Part shown: piece after piece, positions 54,701 through 62,884 of the stretch
Layout of the letters: the number at the start of each line of letters is the position of its first letter
How positions within the stretch are numbered: position 1 is the first letter of the stretch
DNA from: a virus
IMG/VR virus record: IMGVR_UViG_3300050119_000104
Location: 53,460-117,459 of that record
Strand: one strand, 5' to 3'
Length of the DNA: 64,000 bases
Made by a program: the position numbers and the translations under genes
The notes under the pieces: generated by a model
The model's input: the letters and a program-made list of their open reading frames with translations, nothing else
Database searches by the model: none
What the model was told of the DNA's origin: nothing

Positions 54701-55698
54701 CCTCGAACCCCCCGCGCCGCCCATTTTGCATCCATCGTCGGCTTTATAGCAGCTTTAGCTACCTCACCGGCCTTTGTTGGAACGCCATGTAACGCAAAGC
54801 TTAGTGTGTTGGCCGTCGTATCCGGTAGCAGCGGCATATCGTGACCAGCTTTCGCAAGCTCGTCAATTTGCATATTGACCCAAGCACGAAATGGTTTGCG
54901 CTTCGATCCGCCATCGACCGCATTCTCGGTTAGCTGCTGCATTTCCTCGTTCAATCGGATCGTTTCGACTTCGCAAAGTTTGATGGCTTGTAGGGCTCCA
55001 TTCTTATCGAGCAGAATACCGCGCTCATTCATGCGCCAGTCCATCTTCCAGTATTCAAGCTCGCGCTCGGTCATCTCCGGCAGAAAGTTCGAATAGCTGC
55101 GCTCCGCGCGTACGTCCTGCGCGCAGTATTTCCAGTTGGCTCGGTGTTCGACTTCTTCCTCGCACCATTCGGTCACACGTTCGATTGTAGTCGCTTCTGC
55201 TTTGGTACAACCGAGATTGAGCATCTCTTCATCGACTGTGCGGACGATGCGCGTGCGGGGCTTGCTAAGTTTGTTGATGAGTCGCCTGCCATCTTCCAAT
55301 TTCTTCTCCGGCAAATTGACCGCCTTGACCGCTTCACCGAGCGCGCGGGGGAGCGATAGGCACGAACCTTTCGCCGCAGAGCAGCGCATTTGCTCACGGT
55401 CAAGCTTGACATCGAACTCGGAGAATTCTCGGGTCAGCACGTAATTCCAGATCACGTATTCGAAGAATGCGTTATGGGCTTCGACGATCTCGCCGCTGCG
55501 TATCCGCTCAATCAACTCGTCGGGGCGCGGGCTCTTCTCGATCCAGGGATGGTCTCGGTGCCAGAGATGGATTTCTTCATCCTGGTCGAACGCCCAACAA
55601 AGACAGAGAGCTTGCGTGCCCCTATCGGTCGCGTAGCGTGTTGCGCCGAGCTTTATCAGATCGATGACTGATCGAGTCTCGAAATCTAAATAAATCAC
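51727..55698 (-). CDS. polA: Family A DNA polymerase (phage type, 3'-5' exonuclease) with two inteins
   Basis: YLDFETRS, AHNA.FE, TGRWSG..VQPHN, ADF..IE, R..GK...LGLGY and LSIHDE motifs. Confidence 0.92.
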   Translation of the reverse strand: MIYLDFETRSVIDLIKLGATRYATDRGTQALCLCWAFDQDEEIHLWHRDHPWIEKSPRPDELIERIRSGEIVEAHNAFFEYVIWNYVLTREFSEFDVKLDREQMRCSAAKGSCLSLPRALGEAVKAVNLPEKKLEDGRRLINKLSKPRTRIVRTVDEEMLNLGCTKAEATTIERVTEWCEEEVEHRANWKYCAQDVRAERSYSNFLPEMTERELEYWKMDWRMNERGILLDKNGALQAIKLCEVETIRLNEEMQQLTENAVDGGSKRKPFRAWVNMQIDELAKAGHDMPLLPDTTANTLSFALHGVPTKAGEVAKAAIKPTMDAKWAARGVRGKSIHRALEIAMEVNRTSNSKYKQMVASVCPDDRLHDIMLYNGADRPVSGDAEVLTRQGWQRIDEWQGGEIAQWAHQKYSVGEITFASATRAILPYDGDMVRMVGPNTELLCTVDHKIPLISCRDNLIDVAAGDVRESNWAIPLAGNYRGATELPERTRLIIMYQADGRTPETNKPLSLHFREPRKIDRCKALLQAASLAFEERVYSDGSTNIKIVEAPEWLRRSKEFGDWLLNHDPAVFIDELKHWDGCIDKRNITPGVSYSTCSKNNAEWAQTLAALAGTRASIAARNREPEKWNVNYRVHVHSSGARTWLKKKWTFAHEKFEGTVYCARTKTGYFLVRYKGTIQVTGNTGRWSGKGVQPHNFVRGWMANMPDVWADIMAVNGDISTGWGDRELITFIWGEPLPALAKACRGALIASPDMELYAADFKSIEAVKLAWMAGCESQLALFRSKGDPYLAMACAIYKREITKADKDERQLGKKAVLGLGYCHAADTLILTRRGWVRIDIVEDWDMLWDGQEWVRHRGLICNGEKYVTNLGDTFPTMDHPVWCGERFHRAEKVVADADLNRRVLEAGADSLPLQDMSSVPATASDVPWLDVTAKRRGIKSIWRIGAQVAQRVAMLARSARQRISDTPITKQQCPTPTFEKCGSIGSLRQSAGFRDRIIQSLKWIERTMILAMSRATFAARPGVSNASTRAGRKEKIYDLIDAGPRHRYMILTRDGPTLVHNSMGWEKFQTTVWLEEGVWLEDEFCQMVVNVYRKEMCPEMPILWRAVGEAAIAAVQNPGEEFYAGGDALGVGSISYFMSDDRNFLHCRLPSGRLLAYLYPEVHTKVMWAFHAMNEHGKPCVIRFPSNVGVPVHRARYNAEKLAEKQRKRLTNDAPENFLSPHLSFMGRNIVTKQWQRCGTHGGSLTENADQASSRDLLAEAMMRVDTDGRFALLLSIHDEVIAEAPIGTCSVEEFEALTSEVPKWAQGIPVAAEGWISSRLRK
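52516..53235 (-). mobile_element. Intein 2 of the polymerase (240 aa; Cys...His-Asn|Ser), no in-frame endonuclease
   Basis: LGY|CHAADTLILTRRGWV ... YDLIDAGPRHRY...LVHN|SMGWEKF. Confidence 0.9.
52586..53119 (-). pseudogene. Decayed HNH endonuclease nested in an alternative frame of intein 2
   Basis: IGSR.GQLTV...VRCDC...G.TTRC..C, then TAG at 52712-52714, then DNPELEMDRKNNDLGYEPGNIRCATWSEQ. Confidence 0.75.
53650..54564 (-). mobile_element. Intein 1 of the polymerase (305 aa) with LAGLIDADG domain, starting with Pro
   Basis: GADR|PVSGDAEVLTRQGW ... TVDH ... VYC ... VTGN|TGRWSG; MYQADG and LKHWDG motifs. Confidence 0.88.
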
Positions 55699-55898
55699 TT
55701 CTGACCGCCCTCGATCACCCGCAATGTCGGTTGCAAAAATTCACGGAGCGCGGTTGCCGCGTTCTCGCGTGCTTCTAAAACTTCCTGATATCGTTCGTGA
55801 GTCTTACCGTCCGCGCATGGCCGGGAGGCGGCTATAGCTAAGCTCTCGATGGCCTCGACCACTTGATCAACTTTTGTATTGATGGCCGGGACAGCCAT
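55695..55898 (-). CDS. Hypothetical protein
   Basis: Coupled to the polymerase start. Confidence 0.45.
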   Translation of the reverse strand: MAVPAINTKVDQVVEAIESLAIAASRPCADGKTHERYQEVLEARENAATALREFLQPTLRVIEGGQK

Positions 55899-55974
55899 TC
55901 AGCCCTCCAAAAGTTGGCCCGGCGGTACTATCAATACCGCCGGGCTTACCACGCTCACTTGCATAGGCGTGTGT

Positions 55975-56592
55975 TTAGACGCCGAAATCGTCGGCGGCTG
56001 TCTCTTCCTCGACGCCGAGACTGTCCTCGCCGTCGCCGTACTCGCCGGGATCGCCGCCAAAGTCGTCCTCAGCAGATGAGAACGAATCGAGCCGCTCGCC
56101 TTCGCCGAGCTTTTGCAGATTGTTCAGACCCATCGCCATGGTCTTTTTCCAGCCCTCCGGCACATACGGATTGACCGTCGCCCGAGCATAGCAACCGGAA
56201 TAGAATTCGTCCGGGCCATCTTCGGTGAGCGGCTCCTTACGGAGGTTGATAATGCCGGGGCGCTTTAGAACGCATGCCAGGGTCACATAGACGATCCCGG
56301 GGCCGCGTCCCCACTTACCCTCAGCATCGCCCTTGTGGAACGGAAGGACGTAGCCACCGTCTTTGGCGGCTTGCTGGTAGGACTTTTTCCAATTCTTTTG
56401 AGCGACCTTATCACAGGCACCCACGAGGGTTTTCCACAACTCCTTTTCGGTCGCGGAAAATTCGGAGGGCGTGAACAAGGCGGTGAGAGAATACCGGCCA
56501 GGACCCCCTTCCGTGAACGCCTTTTTGTGGAAAACTTGGGGGAAACTGACCCGGAATTTCGGGGTCGTGAGCTTTACGACAACTTCTGCCAT
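55975..56592 (-). CDS. Single-stranded DNA-binding protein (DUF2815 / Enc34-like)
   Basis: RVSFP.VF, YS.T.LF, FYSGCYARA, GLNNLQKL.EGERL and an acidic tail. Confidence 0.85.
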   Translation of the reverse strand: MAEVVVKLTTPKFRVSFPQVFHKKAFTEGGPGRYSLTALFTPSEFSATEKELWKTLVGACDKVAQKNWKKSYQQAAKDGGYVLPFHKGDAEGKWGRGPGIVYVTLACVLKRPGIINLRKEPLTEDGPDEFYSGCYARATVNPYVPEGWKKTMAMGLNNLQKLGEGERLDSFSSAEDDFGGDPGEYGDGEDSLGVEEETAADDFGV

Positions 56593-56762
56593 TTTCTTAT
56601 CCTTTACTTTGTTTTGATGTTTCACTTGACTTGTTCGAACTAGCATCTGTCGGCGGGGGTGTCAACCGCCTCCCGCGCTGAATTTGATGAATAGTACCCA
56701 TGAGCGCCACAGTCTGTTCGCGCATCCACGCGAGTGCTTTCTCCCGCCGCTCCGCGCAGCCC

Positions 56763-57050
56763 TCACACGCCGGGGTAAGCTGGGCCATGCTCATCGCACC
56801 CGATGCCCACATCACTCGCAAGCAGGCCGCCGTCATCTTGAACGGCCTCCGTCTCCTTCAGCCAGAAAATCTTGCGCGCCTGACCGAGCAAATCATCGAT
56901 GTTGCAAATAAACCCATGCGTAGGTTCACTCCCATAGCCTGCCTGAGTATGTAATTGATCGCGAAATATGCCCCATTCTTTAGCAGTCATCGTGACCGTC
57001 ATTGTGAATTTGATATCGTCAGGTGTCTCAACTTTGAATCGAGTTTCCAT
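56763..57050 (-). CDS. Hypothetical protein
   Basis: 95 aa ORF following the upstream stop. Confidence 0.4.
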   Translation of the reverse strand: METRFKVETPDDIKFTMTVTMTAKEWGIFRDQLHTQAGYGSEPTHGFICNIDDLLGQARKIFWLKETEAVQDDGGLLASDVGIGCDEHGPAYPGV

Positions 57051-57051
57051 T

Positions 57052-57615
57052 TTACATACTCGGTGGGAGAGGGACTATGCAGTAGGTTCGATGGATTTCT
57101 CCACCTAATATAGAGAGGAAGGCCCAGGCCGTGTTGGTCGGATTACCTTCCTTTTCACGTGTGAGCTTGTTCCCTGAGAAGTGAAAACTCAAGGAGCCTG
57201 TGATTTCCATACGATATTTGTATTCACCGTTCGGTTTTTTAACCTGCCGTTGCGACCCATCTTTGACACGAGCGAGACCATTTTCCTCAGTGCCGGTATG
57301 CGGCGGATAAGCTTCTTCTAGGATTTCAATCGGGTAAGCGTCTCCCGCGTCGCAGCAACTAATGACTTGGCCATGCGCGCTTCCAGTATCTCTCATATCC
57401 TGTTCAACATCGGGCCGCTTCAATTTCTCAAACCAATCAGCAAGCTCAGGCGGCGGTTCAGTAACCGGACCGTAAAGCGCCGGATCGTGTGCATTGAACA
57501 CGCCGTTATTAGGCATGCCCGCACCACCCCCATATTGCGCAAACGCTGGGCGCATGAATGCCGCACTAAGCGGCAGCAGTGCAGCGAAACGGGCAAGCTC
57601 ACGACGACTGATCAT
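57052..57615 (-). CDS. Hypothetical protein with Tat-type signal
   Basis: MISRRELARFAALLPLSAAFMRPAFA; SCCD motif. Confidence 0.6.
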   Translation of the reverse strand: MISRRELARFAALLPLSAAFMRPAFAQYGGGAGMPNNGVFNAHDPALYGPVTEPPPELADWFEKLKRPDVEQDMRDTGSAHGQVISCCDAGDAYPIEILEEAYPPHTGTEENGLARVKDGSQRQVKKPNGEYKYRMEITGSLSFHFSGNKLTREKEGNPTNTAWAFLSILGGEIHRTYCIVPLPPSM

Positions 57616-57980
57616 AAACTCGATGCTTTCCTTAGCCTTTTCTCGTCCTCGGCTTTTCGCGCTGAATTAATGAGATACACCTCATTTAGCAAATCCAGCA
57701 TGAATTCATCAGCGTGGGCACCACTCCGATCTGTTCCCGGACCAACCGGCCATCCTGGTCCACAGTGGCGATCCCACCACGACTCGCGGTGCCCCTCGTA
57801 CCAGCGCCGCAAATATATGGCGGCCTGATCAGCGGCAGCGGTCGGCTCGTCACCAAAAAACATCTCGACCCGGTAAAACTTGTTACGACGCATGCGGTTA
57901 CGTGACCAAATAGACGAGACTATCAGTACCGGCACGACGAAAAAGCATATGGTGAGGATGACTTGTGTGAAGTGGCTCAT
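57612..57980 (-). CDS. Membrane-anchored hypothetical protein
   Basis: N-terminal TM; the ATG lies 3 nt beyond the TIR of MITE C. Confidence 0.5.
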   Translation of the reverse strand: MSHFTQVILTICFFVVPVLIVSSIWSRNRMRRNKFYRVEMFFGDEPTAAADQAAIYLRRWYEGHRESWWDRHCGPGWPVGPGTDRSGAHADEFMLDLLNEVYLINSARKAEDEKRLRKASSL

Positions 57981-57982
57981 TG

Positions 57983-58067
57983 CGTGCTTATCCGGCTGAC
58001 GCCCAATGGACGACACGAACGGAAGAAAAGCAAAATTTCAGGTAGCTGTCAAGGTAGGTGTCAACCG
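57983..58067 (-). mobile_element. Decayed MITE C (internal deletion, one end truncated)
   Basis: CGTGCTTATCCGGCTGACGCCCAATG joined to GAAAAGCAAAATTTCAGGTAGCTGTCAAG, both from the MITE sequence. Confidence 0.8.
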
Positions 58068-58319
58068 TTTCTCCAGCAGTCGCAGGGGCTCCACGACGTG
58101 CATAGAGACCGGCGGCTGCATGCCGACACAGCAAAGCTCGATGCACCGGCCATCAATGAGTCGTTGCACTTCCTCTTTGGTAGGGGCCCACGTACTGTAG
58201 TGGTACACGCGGTCGCCGATCTGTTCACGACGAACCGAGAGCGTTCCGCATTCACTATCGTCCCAGCCTTCCGGCTTGGTGAAGTCGGTCGTGTGTCCGC
58301 GTGTCTTAGTTGGCTTCAT
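58038..58319 (-). CDS. Hypothetical protein; last codons supplied by MITE C
   Basis: KP.GWDD..CG.L.V...S.W.PT.EE...L..G..IEL...G.QPPVS motif. Confidence 0.6.
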   Translation of the reverse strand: MKPTKTRGHTTDFTKPEGWDDSECGTLSVRREQIGDRVYHYSTWAPTKEEVQRLIDGRCIELCCVGMQPPVSMHVVEPLRLLEKRLTPTLTAT

Positions 58320-59626
58320 ATCCCAAGTTCCTCTTCTGTTGCCGCAAGCGGCCACTCGTCATCAAAATCATTGACGGCTTCACTGAGCAAATCCGCTTCC
58401 GGTCGTGGATCATTCGCGTCGGCGACGACTAGCTGACCCAGCGGAGACGCCGCAAGATCGGCGATAAGTTCTTTGATCTTCGTTTTTTGTTTGCCCTTGC
58501 CGAGCTTCTCGATCTGCGCAGGAGATTTCAGCGTAGGTTCTTCCCACAACAGTTCGGATGGAATTCGAGGCGTGACCCCATTGTAGAGCGCAGTCTCAAT
58601 TTGCTTGGGCTCCATAATCCATTTACGGTGCGGCTTGGTACGCACTAATTTCTTACCGGGCACTGCGGTACCAGCAATCAGATGCGCCTGAATAGCAGCG
58701 AGAATATTTTTGCACCATTGATCGAACAGCGGTATCCATTGTGCCTTGCGCGCAAGTTCATCGATATCCATCGGGACCGGAAATGACGCAGGCATATCGG
58801 CTGACGAAGCCGGAGGGTCGGCAAAATCGAAGAGTGCTTCTTCCTCCATTGAATTTTCGAACGCCTTGCAACGCAATTGCGCCGGGCAATATCCACACCA
58901 TTTGCCGACTCGGAATGATGCGTTCGGTGCTGACGTGGCATCGGCAGCTTCCTTCATTTGCAGTTCAAAGATTTTTAATTCGTCGCGCGTGTACTCGACG
59001 GTACGAATACAGCCTTCCTCATGCGGAGCGTTCGGTTGAACGAGAGTGATACGCACATTCTCGGCATCCTCATGCTCATGCAGGAGACCGACGGCGTAAC
59101 TTTTCATTTGCTCATTGTCCGTAACTTCAACAACGACGCGGCCATTCTTGTAATCGAGAAGATGCACCCAGCCGAATAGCTCCACGAGCGTCACGTCGGC
59201 CGTGCCGCCGAGTCGCGGATCAAGCCACGACATATCCAGATAGCGTTCAGTAAAAAGTTCCGGTTCGACCAGCACTTCCCCAGCGCGTGCTACCTCGTCG
59301 ATCATCATCTGAACACCAAAGATCAGATCGTCACCGACGACAAAAGCAAACCAGCCGGGCGTCTTATCGAGTGAGCCCGCTTCTTCAGGCGCAAAAATAA
59401 CCGGCGGGTCATTCCCCTCCTGGACCACATGAACGATGTAGCCACTGTACGCGCTCGCATCACTTTCGCCAAGCTTTAGCATGCGTTCGATAAGGGCATG
59501 CCCGGCGGTGCCAAGCATCGCTGGCATACCAGCGCCCGACGACTCATCGCCGATGAGCGCGACGGAGCCTGCGCAGTTCATCCATCTGTGTGCGGATGAC
59601 GGGGGGAGCCTAGAGTGCTGTGCCAT
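58316..59626 (-). CDS. Cas4-like PD-(D/E)xK exonuclease (DUF2800)
   Basis: HS.L.PSSA.RW..C.GS, GT..H, GGTAD, LDYKNG and C.YCPA...C motifs. Confidence 0.85.
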   Translation of the reverse strand: MAQHSRLPPSSAHRWMNCAGSVALIGDESSGAGMPAMLGTAGHALIERMLKLGESDASAYSGYIVHVVQEGNDPPVIFAPEEAGSLDKTPGWFAFVVGDDLIFGVQMMIDEVARAGEVLVEPELFTERYLDMSWLDPRLGGTADVTLVELFGWVHLLDYKNGRVVVEVTDNEQMKSYAVGLLHEHEDAENVRITLVQPNAPHEEGCIRTVEYTRDELKIFELQMKEAADATSAPNASFRVGKWCGYCPAQLRCKAFENSMEEEALFDFADPPASSADMPASFPVPMDIDELARKAQWIPLFDQWCKNILAAIQAHLIAGTAVPGKKLVRTKPHRKWIMEPKQIETALYNGVTPRIPSELLWEEPTLKSPAQIEKLGKGKQKTKIKELIADLAASPLGQLVVADANDPRPEADLLSEAVNDFDDEWPLAATEEELGI

Positions 59627-59630
59627 TACC

Positions 59631-60335
59631 TCACCATTGCCATTTCTCCAACGCTCGCGCGGTGACTTCCACAATTTCCAGATCGGTCGCGGGCCGGGGC
59701 ATCGCATCGACCCATTCACGACCGGCGGGCCAGAACACGCGCGCATGCTCGCCGTCACCAACTCGCGTGCGGTCATTCAACGTGATCGTGCTACTCCCTG
59801 GGACACTCATATGGATTTCAGTCGGCTCTTGTTGATATGTGTCCCCGGTGTTGTAAATCTCTGTGGGCATGGACGACAAATTAACACGTCCGCGCTCGCC
59901 ATCCGGGCCGCCGCCTTCGCCGGTCTTGATAACCGCGTAGTCATACGGGTCGCCATAACTCGGAACCCCCTCGGAGAAAAACTTGGAATTCGGGGTATCG
60001 CTTTCGACGAAACGTATATTGCAAAACTGACCGTTGATGATCCGCGATTTGAAGCGCCATGGGTGGTCATGGATGAGGCTGACGTTCGATACCATGAGAG
60101 CGGAGTCCCAAATGTTCAAGCGGAATTGTTTCGGGTATTCAGGGCCCGAAAGATAGGTCCGCATCATACCAAAACCTTGCACGGTCCAATCGTAAAGGTA
60201 CGAATGGACCAGCATTCTTTTGACGTGGTAACGCAACACAGATGGCGGAAGATCAAACATCGCGGTATTGAACCTCCACTGAACCATCCTTGCCTCGGAC
60301 GATAACCATCTGCCGTCCGGGCTCCGGCGCGTCAA
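59631..60335 (-). CDS. Cupin-like hypothetical protein
   Basis: RLNIW...IHDHPW.F.S.I..G motif and a later EIH. Confidence 0.55.
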   Translation of the reverse strand: MTRRSPDGRWLSSEARMVQWRFNTAMFDLPPSVLRYHVKRMLVHSYLYDWTVQGFGMMRTYLSGPEYPKQFRLNIWDSALMVSNVSLIHDHPWRFKSRIINGQFCNIRFVESDTPNSKFFSEGVPSYGDPYDYAVIKTGEGGGPDGERGRVNLSSMPTEIYNTGDTYQQEPTEIHMSVPGSSTITLNDRTRVGDGEHARVFWPAGREWVDAMPRPATDLEIVEVTARALEKWQW

Positions 60336-60543
60336 TTTTGAAGCTGACTACCTCGTCCCCATCCTGAGCTATGCACGCGTTGGCTGAGCCATCCGGCAGC
60401 ATGAAAATTACGATATCACTTGAGTCATCGGGAGCGACGAGCATCACGCGATCTTTCGAGAGCGTCTTTGCTACGATCTTGCGCAATCGGGGTTCGCATT
60501 CTTCAACATCGCTCGGCTTCGGGAGTTTCCATGTTCCGCTCAT
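60253..60543 (-). CDS. Hypothetical protein
   Basis: Coupled ORF in the early operon. Confidence 0.4.
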   Translation of the reverse strand: MSGTWKLPKPSDVEECEPRLRKIVAKTLSKDRVMLVAPDDSSDIVIFMLPDGSANACIAQDGDEVVSFKIDAPEPGRQMVIVRGKDGSVEVQYRDV

Positions 60544-60917
60544 AGTTTTGTCACCGTCGCCGGAGTCACCTGATTAGTCGCGTCGAGAACGCCTCTCGCC
60601 ACTTGCTGCGTTTTTTGTTGCGCCTCGCGAACCTTGATGATCAAGTTCTTTTGCGCTGCGAAGGCTGCTAGGAAAGCGATCTTTAGCGAACCACCCGGAG
60701 TTTTGTTGGTGTGAGACGAGAGCGGCTTCCATTCGGCCGCCGTGAAACCATCGGCAGTGGTGTGCTGAATAAGCTGCTCGACGTGATAGGTGCACTGATC
60801 ATCATAGACATCGATGACGCGTATGATCCTGGTGGGAACGCAATGCGCGAGAACGCGTGCCGGTGGCGTCACCCGGTTCAGCACTTCGATTAAGTCATTG
60901 AGATGCGGTTCACTCAT
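60540..60917 (-). CDS. Hypothetical protein
   Basis: ATGA-coupled ORF. Confidence 0.45.
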   Translation of the reverse strand: MSEPHLNDLIEVLNRVTPPARVLAHCVPTRIIRVIDVYDDQCTYHVEQLIQHTTADGFTAAEWKPLSSHTNKTPGGSLKIAFLAAFAAQKNLIIKVREAQQKTQQVARGVLDATNQVTPATVTKL

Positions 60918-61387
60918 TGGGGTCGATATGGCGACGCATGATTTTGTAGAAGTGCACTCGTTGTTGGTGCCTCACCCGAGCCCCGGCAAGGATAGCGATA
61001 GGTGTGTTCATCAGAAATCTCTATCCGGTTGTGGCATCCCCGCTGCAACTTCCATCGCGACGCGCCGCATCGCTGCGATTGCCGCCCCGCCACCATGGCT
61101 ATTATCGGAACCGTCGCGCACCCTGCCTGCGAGAACTAACTCAGCATGGCCGTAGCGTTCTAATTCTTCGGCGAAGATATCCTGCATGCGCTGAATGTTC
61201 ATTTTGCAAATCACCCGCCACGAATACAAATTGCGCGACGAATTCTTTGGACTGCTTTAATCCACGACGTGCCACTTTCCCATTCAGCACGAGATGCGAT
61301 ATGTACCTCAAGGCGTGGGATTTCCCGTCCAAGCCGTCCCGTAATCCGGCTGCGCCACTGCCTAAAAGTCATGATCATGCCCTTTGT

Positions 61388-61897
61388 TCATTTCTTTGCC
61401 TTAGCGTCTTTGTCCGGGGGTGTCAAACTCAAAGTATGGACGGGAGCCCGACATTGATTGTGTCTGCGGATAGCAGCGTACACGGCATCGCGCGCCGACC
61501 GCCCGCATTCTAGGGCGGTTATACCATGTTCTTTACCAGAACCGATGGCATGGTAGCTCTCACCGATCTCGAATAGACCGCCGGTCCAATGCGTCAGCTT
61601 ATTTTCATCGTTCGGCTCATCCACTTGAATGTGAAAGATGCGACCCTTCGGCAGCACAAGGATGGCGCAATAGTCCATCTGCAATTCTAGTAGTTGTTTT
61701 CGGCTTGGCAAACCACCCGGCGTCTTGACCCGCGCCAGCAATTCTCGGAATGCGCGCGAGTCATCGTCGCCAGCTTCACCTAGCAGTGCGCCGGAGGGTA
61801 AGCGCACGATCTTGGTAGCGCGCGTGACTAAATATTGATCCTCAGACCATGCTGAGTCACATGCTAGGATACCATCCTTGTAACAAATAATGGTCAA
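61388..61897 (-). CDS. HslV / proteasome-beta-like Ntn-hydrolase
   Basis: N-terminal Thr (MTIIC....LACDS) and AIGSG motif. Confidence 0.65.
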   Translation of the reverse strand: MTIICYKDGILACDSAWSEDQYLVTRATKIVRLPSGALLGEAGDDDSRAFRELLARVKTPGGLPSRKQLLELQMDYCAILVLPKGRIFHIQVDEPNDENKLTHWTGGLFEIGESYHAIGSGKEHGITALECGRSARDAVYAAIRRHNQCRAPVHTLSLTPPDKDAKAKK

Positions 61898-61942
61898 AGG
61901 TCACCTAACTGTGACGCCGCAAGCGTTGGGCGTCATTCCTTT

Positions 61943-62410
61943 CTATTCCTTGCGCGGTCGGGCCCCGTGAATTTCCATCACGTGAACAGCGACGGCGGCA
62001 ATCTTGCGCATGTGATTGATCACGTCATTGTTGTCCTTGTCGTAGTACCAGTGATGCTTGGCATCCGAGAGCAACTTTTCCAGAATGAGCAACTGACCCG
62101 GCAGACTCGTCGGCTGCCGATGCTGGTCCTGGAAGGCGCGCTCAGTATCGATAGCATCGTAGGCATCACAGCGTACCTTCGGAATGAGTCGGCCGTCAAC
62201 CTTGCCGCTGGCGAGCGCCAGAACGATGTAGCAATCATCCGCCACATCCTGGTATTTGCTCGTCGGGCAATCCATGAGAGTGCTCACGCCCCCTCCCGCT
62301 TTTCGGAGCACCTGTTTAGCGTCCTCTTTTCCCAATTTAGGATGGTAGACGATTGCACGCAAAAGGTACGCGATATCCTCGAACGAAAGAGGGTGAAGAG
62401 AACGGCTCAT
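61943..62410 (-). CDS. Hypothetical protein with MazG-like C-terminal domain
   Basis: ID.ER.FQD......W......MRKIAAVAV..ME.HG; AGGAG RBS. Confidence 0.55.
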   Translation of the reverse strand: MSRSLHPLSFEDIAYLLRAIVYHPKLGKEDAKQVLRKAGGGVSTLMDCPTSKYQDVADDCYIVLALASGKVDGRLIPKVRCDAYDAIDTERAFQDQHRQPTSLPGQLLILEKLLSDAKHHWYYDKDNNDVINHMRKIAAVAVHVMEIHGARPRKE

Positions 62411-62433
62411 GTTGCTATCTCCTGTCCGAGAAC

Positions 62434-62508
62434 CGCGCAGAGTGCTCTGCGTCCTGTAAAGGAGAGCCGGGTTCGTGTCGCCCATTGGGCGTCAACCGGA
62501 TAAGCACG
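62434..62508 (+). mobile_element. Half MITE D (omegaRNA core hairpins + right TIR)
   Basis: CGCGCAGAGTGCTCTGCGTCCTGTAAAGGAGAGCCGG...GTCAACCGGATAAGCACG. Confidence 0.85.
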
Positions 62509-62513
62509 GAACG

Positions 62514-62840
62514 TCATGCGGCCTCCGGTTCTGGCTCGGATTTGCCATCTTCCCATTTGATGCGTAGCACACCGGGCAATGGCCTGGGCGATTTGTAGAC
62601 GCGATATTTGAATTCCGCACCTTGATCAACCTGTGGTGCTAACTCTTTCGCAAACCCCTTCGGAACATAGCCGAGCTTTTTCGCACCATAATAGATCGCG
62701 ACCGCATTCGCGTCGAACTTGTTGGTGGGCTCTCGTTTGAGAATCAAAGGAACATTCGACCGCAAGCGCTCGATCAGTGGCCACGCGCCGGGCAAGAAGC
62801 TCGTTCCGGCGATTGAGAAATCTCTTTGCTGAATAGTCAT
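62514..62840 (-). CDS. HIRAN-domain protein
   Basis: L.REP.N.FD.NAVAI......GYVP motif; GGAGG RBS. Confidence 0.85.
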   Translation of the reverse strand: MTIQQRDFSIAGTSFLPGAWPLIERLRSNVPLILKREPTNKFDANAVAIYYGAKKLGYVPKGFAKELAPQVDQGAEFKYRVYKSPRPLPGVLRIKWEDGKSEPEPEAA

Positions 62841-62884
62841 CGGTGCTGGTTATCCTCCGCCACGGGTTTCGGAATTGAAAGTGT

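Noticed and set aside
49258-55698. Confident call of a 2-aminoadenine (Z) genome
   Set aside because: No PurZ-like adenylosuccinate synthetase is in the window, and the supporting enzymes are widespread.
62512-62530. Flank of half-element D (GTCATGCGGCCTCCGG) resembles the tnpB 3' end, suggesting self-targeting
   Set aside because: The match excludes the first 4 guide bases and contains an indel; both genes simply end in Ala-Ala-stop (gccgcatga).
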